Positions 1 to 10,649 of a stretch of 64,000 nt of DNA are shown here, one piece after another. The stretch lies in NCBI GenBank assembly GCA_964188305.1, contig OZ076895.1, one strand, 5' to 3'. The stretch is from Podarcis bocagei. Its lineage: Eukaryota. The notes beneath the pieces are model-generated. The model was not told the DNA's origin. It saw nothing but the letters and a program-made list of their open reading frames with translations, and did no database searches. Numbering within the stretch: position 1 is the first letter of the stretch; the number at the start of each line of letters is the position of its first letter. A program made the translations under genes and the position numbers.

Positions 1-868
1 TTTAGCCAAAGCTCACTGCCTGCTTTGCTATACTGTGGAAACCACACAATTATATATATATATTGCATGTCCATCTTGAATAATCGTTTCTTTGTGAAGA
101 GGGCAAGCCCTTATTAGTGATTTAAGAAACAAAGATGTCAAATGTTACTAATAGCTGAAGGATGGGACACTTGATCTCCTGTCCTTGTTCAATGACTCCC
201 ATCAAAATGTTAATGGCACATGAATTTGGAAGTAGCCCCATAATTCCTTTTACAAATATTATCTTTATCTTTATCAAAATTGGAATCATCATGTTATGAC
301 TTTGGGCTTATGGGCATGTTGTTAATCTTTCCATACATATCACACTTTTCATTATTAAGATAATTTCACGGTTTTGGCACAAATGATTTTTGAAAATTTT
401 GTTGCAAAGAATCGCCATGCTTTTTCTTAAAAGATTTAGATATGAAATCTAGCTTCTAGCAGTATGAAATTGCATTCATTTCACTAGCCATATTTCTTTG
501 CTTCATCTCCTAAGCACAGAGCCATTACTATACGTATAGGAAAGTTTATACCTACTCCAGCACAGAAAAGAAACTGTTGAAATATTGCAGCATTATATTA
601 ATTTTCTCATTATTTATGTGAACATTCAGCTATGTGGTTGTATTTCTATAACAATTTATACTTGTAAAATTATTTGAATGATGAAATAAGCATTTTTTTA
701 AATCAGAAAGTAATTTGTTCAATTTTTATTTTCAAAAGAGATGAAAAATCCTATATTGCCTCTAAACCTCATCAGTCTTTTATGACTAATCACAGTGCTG
801 CATGCATTGAAATACATTTTCTAATTTGTGTTGTATTTCATTATTTGCTGTCATTGGTTTTACACTAG

Positions 869-874
869 AGTAAG
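869..874 (+). CDS. RELN: Reelin 6-nt alternative microexon (AGTAAG; adds Val-Ser before the C-terminal region)
   Basis: Context TTGGTTTTACACTAG|AGTAAG|GTAAGT: acceptor AG at 867-868, perfect donor at 875-880, 3.2 kb upstream of the RELN last exon. Identical to the known brain-specific RELN microexon. Its phase fits the last exon: (CT)A GTA AG(C) ACT = L-V-S-T. Confidence 0.92.
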
Positions 875-2167
875 GTAAGTAAACTTATCACCACAATATC
901 TGTGCAGCCATTATACTTGTGCAAATATTCTTTTGCTCACTTAGCTAAGTCTGATTACTGTGGCTTGAAGGTGAGAGTGATCAGATTCATTTACACCAGC
1001 AAACATGGAAACGTGAACTTCTCTGCCCGTAAAAGGCATAATCCTGTTGTCCTGTGTTGTTTGATGCCCTGAACAGCTGTAGTCCATCAAAATATGCACC
1101 CAAGAGTCTTGTCAAATGCCTCTATTTCAGTCTTCACAGAGTTTCAAAATACAGCATAGAAACTCATTCCATACAGTTTCAAATCTACAAATATAAGCAC
1201 AGAAGCACATACTGGGCTGCTATAATTCATTTTTATTTTAAATAATCAGTCACATGAGATTAAATAATTTGATGCTGGCTGCTCGCTGCATAGGAAGTAT
1301 AGTTTGTGACAGAGCACATACTTCCAAGGGACCAAAGCCCCCTTCTTCTATTACCCAGGGGATGGCTGGAAAGTGAGGTCATGCCCTCTTGTCCTAAGCC
1401 TAAACATGAGCAGCTTCTTCCACACATCCTCACTGCACACATTCAGGGGGCAAAGTTAGCCGTGCAGTGGGGCTCACATGATTGGATGCTTCTCAAGTGT
1501 TCCCTATTTTCCAGGGACCTCCCTGATTTAGGAGAAGCCGTCCCGGTTTCTGATTTGATCCCGGAATGTCCCACTTTTCCTTAGGATGTCTCAATTTTTC
1601 ATTGGAGAAATGTTGGCGGGTATGGCCTTATCCAACCCCTGAGCCATCTGAAGGCAATCCTGTATAGCGAAGTTTGTTTAATGTTTTATTATTATTTTTA
1701 TATGTGGGAAGCTGCCCAGAGTGTTTGGGGCAACCCAGTAAGATGTGTGGGGTATAAATAGGAAAATTGTCATTATGGAATGGGATGCCCCTATTTTCAT
1801 CGGAGAAATGTTGGAGAGTATGGGATGAGGGAAGGATCTCTCTACACAGAAAGCTAGTACGTTAAGGAGACCAGGGGAGAATGTTTCTTCCTTACAAAGA
1901 GTTTTCAGTGAGAAGGGGATGTTTTGTTTCGAATTGTGTAGTCATGTGAATCCATTTCTCATCTGAAGTGGTATGGACTTTTAGTTTACCATCTCAATGA
2001 GAACTAGATCAAAGCCATTTTAAAACAACAGCAGGAAGTTGTGGTAGGTTAGGCAAGAAGAATTTTGGTTTGGGTTTTAAATTTGGTTTTGGCACAGATT
2101 GTTATATTCTGTGTGCTGCTGTGGCAATCTAGCAATTCATTAAGTTCTTTTATTTTGCTTTGAGATA

Positions 2168-2407
2168 CAGTGGTACCTCTGGTTGCGAACGGGATCTGTT
2201 CCGGAGGCCCGTTCGCAACATGAGCAGAACGCGACCTGCGTCTGTGCGTGCACGGATCGCAATTCGCCGCTTCTGCACATGCGCGTAAAGTCATTTTGCA
2301 CATCTGCGCATGCGTGAGCGGCGAAACCCGGAAGTAACTTCTGGGTCGCTGCGGGACACAACCTGAAAACGCGCAACCTGAAGCAAACATAACATGAGGT
2401 ATGACTG
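2168..2407. mobile_element. Non-autonomous Tc1/mariner (pogo/Tigger-like) MITE
   Basis: TA|CAGTGGTACCTC ... GAGGTATGACTG|TA: imperfect TIRs, TA target duplication, CpG-rich interior. A related copy lies at about 63062-63628. Confidence 0.8.
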
Positions 2408-4081
2408 TACTGGTATTTAAATTTATTTCTCACATATGAGGAACGTTAACTTTTGAGAAGCGTCTTGTCGGAAGAATGCCGGTTCAGACTTTTACCTGTT
2501 TGTCTACATAAGCAATCACATTCATCATCAGGCACGTAATTAAATGGACAAACATAACACATGAGCCCAGCCATCCTTGACATGGCCAGCAGCAATTCCT
2601 GTGATTGTGGTAACTGAATAAAGTGCTACTGCAGTCATGGAACAGTTCAGGGCCGTTAACTCATATGTGGGTGGCTGACATTAGTGTGTTAATTTTTACT
2701 TGCAAACACCACCAAAATCCACAATCAGTCCAAAATTGATATGTAGAAAGGAAAGCCTGTGGATCACAGGCCCGTACCCTCCCACTTGGGGACATACAGT
2801 CTCTCTCTGAATGTACTCAGTGCGATCCCTGGCAATGGATGCTGAGCTTCTCTGCAACTAGGGCAGGGGAAGGTTGAACTGATGGCAACACTCCCTTCTA
2901 TGGCATGAAACAACAGGGACACAATGGGAGACAGGGGTGAAATCTAACTATCCATCTCTAGTGATAGCTGCACCAAGGCTGGGTTTTGCTCACAGCATCA
3001 CTGTCATATCATAGACTTTACCCTTCCATTTTCAGAATAGACTATCAGTCATTTGTTCATTTGGGAGAAAGTAATGTGGCAGTGTTTATGTACCATCTAG
3101 AAGGCAAAAGGGTACATGACCAGACCAGGGCACTCACTTTTACATATAGGTCAGTAATGCCTGTTAGCGATTTGTATCTGCTTCATAGGGGTGGTGCTAT
3201 GCAACAGAATTAAATAGGGCGGGGGGGGGGAATGGTGTGGAAGCATTTCAGTCTTTGTGGACACTACCAGCTCTGATCTTATGGTTTCTAAGATCTACTA
3301 AGTAGATTTCATTTAAATAAGAATAACTGCAGAAGCCAATTACTGCAAAAGGCTGCAAAACCAAAATTAATGAGCCTGTGTTTCTCAGGAGTTGAACAAT
3401 TATGAGTTTAGCACAGTGAAAGCAAAATAATTCTCTACTTAATGATGTTCTTTATCCATGATACATTTAATTTTCCAGCAGTCAGGCCGCTTTGCATTTC
3501 TGGTATCTAGTGCTCACTTTAGGAACTTGGCTTATCCTCCAAGGGTACTTATCCACATGTACCTACCACTAATAAAGAAGACAGCACTAGAATATTAACG
3601 AAACATTGTGTGACAATGTTCAATTAATGTAAAGCCGTCTTCCTAAACTGAATTGTAATGAAAGCACAATAAGGGTCCCTTGTCTGCTTTACACACCGTG
3701 GGTACAATCCAAACTTTGCATGCCTAATACAATCCTATATACTCTCTGAAATTAATTCCCAGGTAAGTGTGTACAGGATTGCAGCCAAAGTCTCAGTGAA
3801 ATCAACAGGACTTAACTTGAGAACATAGTAAACTGGAAACTAACAGAACTTAAGGCAGCCTAGCTGGCTCCAGATCACTCCATGCCATGAGTAGCAGCAG
3901 CTGTCCAAAATGCTTCAAATTTGGATTGGTTTGGGGTTTTTTACATAATTTTGTATGAATGTTAATTATCATTTAAAGCAAGATGTGTAGAAGAATGCAA
4001 CCTGCAGCTTGGGAAGGTCTTTCCAACATATATACAAAGGGACCTTAAGTTCTTCTCTTCCGTCCTCTTTCCATTGAACAG

Positions 4082-4178
4082 CACTCGCAAACAAAATTAC
4101 ATGATGAATTTTTCACGGCAACATGGGCTCAGGCATTTCTACAACAGAAGACGAAGATCACTTAGGCGATTCCCGTGA
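4082..4178 (+). CDS. RELN: Reelin terminal coding exon (C-terminal region)
   Basis: Pyrimidine tract plus AG at 4080-4081. Translates (S)[31 protein letters not shown]-stop (TGA 4176-4178), the highly conserved basic reelin C-terminus. Confidence 0.97.
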
Positions 4179-5230
4179 AGGACAAGACATTTCCTTTCTT
4201 TCCCAACCTGTGATGTGCCGCTTTCCATTCTTTTCAATCTAGCACTGCCGTCTGGTTTGTCAGGACTTTTTTATTGATGAATATTTTGAAAGCCTCCATC
4301 GAGACAGAGCATTACACCACTTTTTTCGCACTGTGATCTAATGAGAAGTGACTTATTTTCTCATAGGTAAATGTTTTTAATGTTGATGTGTCTGTGAAAA
4401 ATTGTGATCTGTTGTAATACCAGTTACAGTGGCAGTATTGGAAGTAAGCAACTGGTTCTGTTTTTAACAAAAAACAAAACAAATCATACATTTAAGCACA
4501 AAAGACTTTTCATATTTTATGTCAGAAACGACAATATTAAGTACAATATTTAACATACTTTGTCACATAGGTATTTAAATGCACTGTATTTCAGCTCTGT
4601 ATCATATTTTATATGATTAAGTTATCATTGTTTGTTCTCTTTGTATTCAACTTGATACGTTGGCACTGTATTGATTTGTTATAATAATTTGCTGCTGATT
4701 TGGGGGCTACATAACTGTCTGATGCTATGAGTAAAGCAAACAAATGCCTAATCAAAAAGTTAGTAACAGACATTGTTGTACAAGACATCATTGTCCTTCA
4801 TTCTTACTCTTTAATATGTCTGTCAGTTATTGTTTTGTGGGCAAAAAAAAAAAAAATACTTGACATTTAAACCTTTTCTACTAAGCAGATGTGGATAAAC
4901 TCTTTCCCACCCAACCCTCTTCAAACAGAAGCTCCTGTTTCCGTGTCCAAAAGTAAAGCAATTCTCTGTGGATGATTTACTTACAGTAACTGCCATTTGG
5001 TCTCTGTAGTAATGGAGTGATTTGTAAAAAGTGAACGTTTCTTCGTGTTTATTTGTGGTTTGTTTCTATTGCGGGTCATGTTTGTATCTTATGATGTTGT
5101 ATCTACACCAGCAACATAATAATGACCCTACAACCCTAAACTGTCTTATTATCATGAATTAAACATGTTTCACTCTACAGTGAACTGAGCTAAAATTCTA
5201 TGCTTCAATAAAGATAATGTCAACAAATTA
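4179..5230 (+). promoter_or_regulatory. RELN: RELN 3' UTR with poly(A) signals
   Basis: AU-rich and repeat-free after the stop codon. ATTAAA at 5158-5163 and AATAAA at 5207-5212, followed by T-rich sequence. The exact end is inferred. Confidence 0.65.
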
Positions 5231-6877
5231 TTTATGTGCTACTTTTTCACAGCTTATTCATTGGGAAGAGGGAGTGATTCAAAGGTATATACACCACACA
5301 CATTTATGGCCTACAGTTTTCATACCCACAAAATAAGAGGTAATGATTAGGCCTATGTCTGAAAAAGAAGTGATTTTGCACCTAGGTACCTAATGTAAAA
5401 GTGCATTGGGAAGAGACCTGGTGGTTTGTTTCACAAAATATTGTGTGCAAGTGCTGTGCGATTGGAAGTGGATATTCACCTGAGAGCTATCTCACTTACG
5501 ACATTAACATTCTTCACATAGTTATGCACATAAGTCTGGAATCTACTTCTAATCTTACAACAGGTAGATTTGGGGGGGGGTCATAGCTGAACAGTCCCTT
5601 AGTGTAGGAGAAAATGGGCGGTTACATTGGCACAATTCTTTTTGAGGGCTTTAAGTACAAGTGTTGATTCCAAGGTGTGCACACGATGATGAACAAATCC
5701 TTCTCTGAAGTTAAGACATACAAACTGTGGCTAGATTTTTCAAAAGTCTTAAACAACACTAACACAGATTTTCTTATACTGTATCGCTATTAGAGCTTGT
5801 TTTCCAAAAGACCCTTATGCCCTGTTCTAGCTTCATAGTCTGCCAGATTACGTCAGGTACACATATGAGACAAGCTCCTCATGCAAGCCATGCAAAATCC
5901 TTCCTTCTCCATGTGTCAGGTGAGCTGCAGTCACATCAGCATACTCTGTCTTGCCTGCATGGTACACCCACCTGCCCTTCCCTGGGCTGACTGCGTATAC
6001 TACTCTCAACAGATGTCAGAGCTGGTTAATACATAGAACCTGAAAGAATGGGCCACAGAATATACCCCTTTGCAAGGCAAGCCCCCAGGTGGTACAGATA
6101 CAGCAGCAGCTGTCTGTAGTACCACTTATGATTTATTTCCAGTTGGAAGCAGTGCTGGTCTATTCCATAATAAATTTGTTAAGTCTACAGATACCACAAA
6201 GCACTTTGTTGATTTTCCATTCTCATGTGTGTGTATTCATACATGGTACAACCATCTGCTCAACACGCTGGTGGCATTTCTTCTCCCTTCGCCAGGATCA
6301 ATAAACAGCAATATCAGGAGATACTACTGGGTTCTGAAGTACATTATTATACAGTGCCATAGTTGAGGCACTGTAAAAACAGGAGCACTATAAAACATGA
6401 TAATCTTATCTGCTGGTATTAAAACTTGGCCCAGGAAAGTAGGGTGTTGGCTGAGTTTATTGTTCACTCTGGTCTCTTACGGATTTCCTGTGTTAAAATG
6501 CTATAAGGAAGAAATTCCAATACCACAACTATTTTTTTAAAAGGAAAAATGTGTACAATTTTGCCAAACAACAATCATTTTTCTATTTATTCAGGTAGAG
6601 TATGTCATGTATTGTTCAAACAGAGTACACTTGCAGCCATGCAATCAAATGCAATTCTGAAATGTTAATAGTTCTTCCCATTTTCTAAGAACTGGCAGGA
6701 ATTTTGAGATTCCTAACAAAAGAGCCAGCCTAAGTGGATGAAAGTCAGAGGCATAAGACTCACAAGACACTGCTTAAAAGAAAAGCTCAGCGATAAAGCT
6801 AAATCCTGAAAGACGTGCCTAGGCCAACTCACGCCAGGACAGCACAAACAATGAAGTAACCCTGCAAACATCGCTTA

Positions 6878-8518
6878 CCGTATTTTGCGCCCCATAAGAC
6901 GCTCCGGCCCATAAGACGCACCTAGTTTTTTGGGGGGGAAATAAAGGGAAAAAATTATTTCCCCCCCAGGCGCGGGGCTGGGGCAGCCCGAGCTTCCCCC
7001 GACCCCAGCCCCCAAACAGGCAGCTCTCTGCAAGCCGTGGGAGCCCAGCGGTGGTTCCCGCTGCTTGAGGAGAGATCCGCGAAGCCTGCACGTGCTGGGA
7101 TCAGCGCTTGCAGGCTTCGGGATGCCTGCAACTCTCCCCAAGCAGTGGGAACGTTCCCGCTGCTTGGGGAGAGATCCGCGAAGCCTGCACGTGCTGGGAT
7201 CAGCGCGGGCAGGCTTCGGGATGCCTGCAACTCTCCCCAAGCAGTGGGAACGTTCCCGCTGCTTGGGGAGAGATCCGCGAAGCCTGCGCGTGCTGGGATC
7301 AGCGCGCGCAGGCTTCGGGATGCCTGCAACTCTCCCCAAGCAGTGGGAACGTTCCCGCTGCTTGGGGAGAGATCCGCGAAGCCTGCACGTGCTGGGATCA
7401 GCGCTTGCAGGCTTCGGGATGCCTGCAACTCTCCCCAAGCAGTGGGAACGTTCCCGCTGCTTGGGGAGAGATCCGCGAAGCCTGCACGTGCTGGGATCAG
7501 CGCTTGCAGGCTTCGGGATGCCTGCAACTCTCCCCAAGCAGTGGGAACGTTCCCGCTGCTTGGGGAGAGATCCGCGAAGCCTGCACGTGCTGGGATCAGC
7601 GCTTGCAGGCTTCGGGATGCCTGCAACTCTCCCCAAGCAGTGGGAACGTTCCCGCTGCTTGGGGAGAGATCCGCGAAGCCTGCGCGTGCTGGGATCAGCG
7701 CGCGCAGGCTTCGGGATGCCTGCAACTCTCCCCAAGCAGTGGGAACGTTCCCGCTGCTTGGGGAGAGATCCGCGAAGCCTGCACGTGCTGGGATCAGCGC
7801 TTGCAGGCTTCGGGATGCCTGCAACTCTCCCCAAGCAGTGGGAACGTTCCCGCTGCTTGGGGAGAGATCCGCGAAGCCTGCACGTGCTGGGATCAGCGCT
7901 TGCAGGCTTCGGGATGCCGGCAACTCTCCCCAAGCAGTGGGAACGTTCCCGCTGCTTGGGGAGAGATCCGCGAAGCCTGCACGTGCTGGGATCAGCGCTT
8001 GCAGGCTTCGGGATGCCTGCAACTCTCCCCAAGCAGTGGGAACGTTCCCGCTGCTTGGGGAGAGATCCGCGAAGCCTGCACGTGCTGGGATCAGCGCTTG
8101 CAGGCTTCGGGATGCCGGCAACTCTCCCCAAGCAGTGGGAACGTTCCCGCTGCTTGGGGAGAGATCCGCGAAGCCTGCACGTGCTGGGATCAGCGCGCGC
8201 AGGCTTCGGGATGCCTGCAACTCTCCCCAAGCAGTGGGAACGTTCCCGCTGCTTGGGGAGAGATCCGCGAAGCCTGCACGTGCTGGGATCAGCGCTTGCA
8301 GGCTTCGGGATGCCGGCAACTCTCCCCAAGCAGTGGGAACGTTCCCGCTGCTTGAGGAGAGGTCCGCGAAGCCTGGAGAGCGAGAGGGGTCGGTGCGCAC
8401 CTACCGCTCTCGCTCTCCAGGCTTCAGCGAAAGCCTGCATTCGCCCCATAAGACGCACCCACATTTCCCCTTCATTTTTGGAGGGGGAAAAGTGCGTCTT
8501 ATAGGGCGAAAAATACGG
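6878..8518. mobile_element. Non-autonomous Tc1/mariner (Tc2/pogo-like) element with internal tandem-repeat expansion
   Basis: TA|CCGTATTTTGCGCCCCATAAGACGC ... GCGTCTTATAGGGCGAAAAATACGG|TA TIRs with TA duplication. Its ends match the 472-bp copy at 9132-9603. Confidence 0.88.
7054..8375. repeat. 99-bp GC-rich minisatellite, about 13.4 near-identical copies, each unit two hairpins
   Basis: GGGAACGTTCCC recurs at 7147, 7246, 7345 ... 8335 (period 99, 13 occurrences). This produces the 33-aa periodic ORFs in the track. Confidence 0.97.
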
Positions 8519-9131
8519 TATTTGAAATTTCCCCCAAGACACACATTCACATTTGATTGTAGAGTTTAAAAGGTGTAAGTTTGTATTAATGAAATTAAAC
8601 ATAACTAAAAGGAATTTTAATGCATTTATACAATAAGTCCCATTAACATTCCATCATTATTATCACATTTAAACTCTGAAATAAAAACAAATTCTGTATG
8701 TTTATATTTTTAATGCATGTGTATATTTCCCTACACCATTTTCCTTTTCACAGCTATAAAACTATGGGGCAGCGTCATCCAAAATTACTTGTTATCTGGC
8801 AGCTGATAAAGGATCCCCTATTAGTATGTTTTATGTAATGTTTTATCAATTCACTCCAAATGTTAGTAATCCACTTTCAAAGCCTGAAACAATTCTAATC
8901 CTGACACGAGCAAGGGTTGAGTTTGTATCCCACCAAGTTATACTCAAAAGCAGACCCAATTAAATCAGCGAGCTTCTGTTAGCCAAGTTTGTTGATTTAA
9001 ATGGGCAAGTTGGCTGGAGCTGAGTTGTTTTTTTTAAAAAAAAACCACAACAATTTATAACCTGATATTCAACCCAGTTAAACTGAAGAATATTAATTCA
9101 AGCTTGTTTTGTTCCATCCACTTCAATAGTA

Positions 9132-9603
9132 CCATATTTTTCGTCCCATAGGACGCACCGGCCCATAGGACGCACCTAGTTTTTTGGGGGGGGCAAATAA
9201 AGGGGGGGAAATTTCCTTTATTTCCCCCCCCCAAACCAGGTCGGGGAATCCAAACCAGGTCGGGGAACAGCGGTATGGCGGCGCTGCGCCTCCCCGCTGT
9301 CCCCCGAGCTTGTGGGGCTGCTCGATGTCTGCCCGAAGCGCAGGGCGCTCTGCTTCAGCGCGCCCCGCGCTCCATGCAGCAGGCTGCTATCCGCAGACTA
9401 GGGAGCCCTGCGGGATCTCCCGCGGGCTCCCCAGGCTTGCTGATAGCTTCCTGAAGCCTGGAGAGCAAGAGGGGTCAGTGCGCACTGACCCCTCTCGCTC
9501 TCCAAGGTTCAGCGAAAGCTTGTATTCGCCCCATAGGACGCACACAGATTTCCCCTTCATTTTTGGAGGGGAAAAAGTGCGTCCTATAGGGCAAAAAATA
9601 CGG
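9132..9603. mobile_element. Tc1/mariner (Tc2-like) MITE, same family as 6878-8518 without the array
   Basis: TA|CCATATTTTTCGTCCCATAGGACGC ... GCGTCCTATAGGGCAAAAAATACGG|TA. Shares the GAAGCCTGGAGAGC...GCTCTCCA hairpin and subterminal sequence with the larger copy. Confidence 0.88.
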
Positions 9604-10395
9604 TACATTGCGCCTTGAACCAATAGATACTACTGCTGCTTTTATTATTTATAAAGTGCCTAACATTTCTAGGTACTATTTTTTAAAAGAACACAGGTCT
9701 TGGCTGCAGATGTGCAATCTAACATACATGATACAAAAGAAAAGGATGGTGGCGGGGAAGAGGAAAAGAATAGGGAGACTGCAATCCTATACATATTTGC
9801 CTTTAATACATCTCATGAAACTCAACAAGACTTACTTTAGAATAGACATGCCTAGGATTCAATGGTCAAGGTCCCACTTATTACATCATCGTTACCAGGT
9901 GGGATGGTTTGTGGCGCTAGACCATAATTGCACCGCAATCCTGGACAGTTCTGGGAGATGCTATGCCCGGAAATGATATTTACAGGGAAGGAGCAGCTCA
10001 GGGTGAGATACTATTTCAGGTCTAACAGTCCTGAATTAGCTAACTCATGCATATTAAATACGGGGGTATCTTCATGGGAAGGTTCTACCTGCGCTATGAA
10101 AGGATATCAGTTTTATACCAAACAATATAAAAAATTCCTTCCAGTAGCACCTTAGAGACCAACTAAGTTAGTTCTTGGTATGAGCTTTTGTGTGCATGCA
10201 CACGAAATAACAATACCAAGAACTAACTTAGTTGGTCTCTAAGGTGCTACTGGAAGGAATTTTTTTAAATTTTGTTTCGACTACGGCAGACTAACACGGC
10301 TACCTACACAGATAGGTAGCCGTGTTGGTCTGCCATAGTCAAAATAAAAAAAATCCTTCCAGTAGCACCTTAAAGACCAACTAAGTTAGTTTTTG

Positions 10396-10433
10396 GTATG
10401 AGCTTTCGTGTGCATGCACACTTCTTCAGATAC
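10396..10433 (-). ncRNA. Minimal type I hammerhead ribozyme motif (Penelope-associated)
   Basis: Reverse complement reads GTAT-CTGAAGA-A-GTGTG-CATG-CACAC-GAAA-GC-TC^ATAC: CUGANGA and GAAA boxes, helix II, helix I GTAT/ATAC, palindromic AGCU in place of helix III. Confidence 0.75.
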
Positions 10434-10444
10434 ACACTTCTTCA

Positions 10445-10484
10445 GGTATCTGAAGAAGTGTGCATGCACACGAAAGCTCATACC
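10445..10484 (+). ncRNA. Minimal type I hammerhead ribozyme motif (Penelope-associated)
   Basis: GGTAT-CTGAAGA-A-GTGTG-CATG-CACAC-GAAA-GC-TC^ATACC. Helix I is GGTAT/ATACC. Predicted cleavage after C10479. Confidence 0.78.
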
Positions 10485-10649
10485 AAGAACTAACTTAGTT
10501 GGTCTTTAAGGTGCTACTGGAAGGAATTTTTTTTTTTTATGGCTACCTACCTGCAACTAGTTTTATACCAGTTTATCGTGGCTTTCCCCCCAATATATAT
10601 ATATATATATATATATATAATAATACCAGGAATAGTTTGAAAGCGACAA

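Larger units (their letters stand above)
10121..10558. mobile_element. Penelope-like element terminal-repeat cluster (four short copies in alternating orientation)
   Basis: The module GTAGCCGTGTTGGTCTG...CCAGTAGCACCTTA(G/A)AGACCAACTAAG...GGTATGAGCTTTCGTG, characteristic of reptile Penelope-like repeats, occurs as -,+,-,+. The whole cluster is flanked by the direct repeat AGTTTTATACCA (10109-10120 and 10559-10570). Confidence 0.8.

Noticed and set aside
1495-1825. Possible hAT-like element with repeated GGAGAAATGTTGG..GGTATG ends
   Set aside because: Probably a repeat remnant, but the left terminus and TSD are not identifiable.
7054-8375. CRISPR-like array of palindromic repeats
   Set aside because: The intervening segments are near-identical rather than unique spacers, there are no cas genes, and the context is vertebrate.
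6875-8602. Five long ORFs (415-575 aa) with 33-aa repeats on both strands
   Set aside because: They arise because a GC-rich 99-bp unit (a multiple of 3) lacks stops in five of six frames. They lie inside MITE TIRs and show no domain, promoter or splice context.
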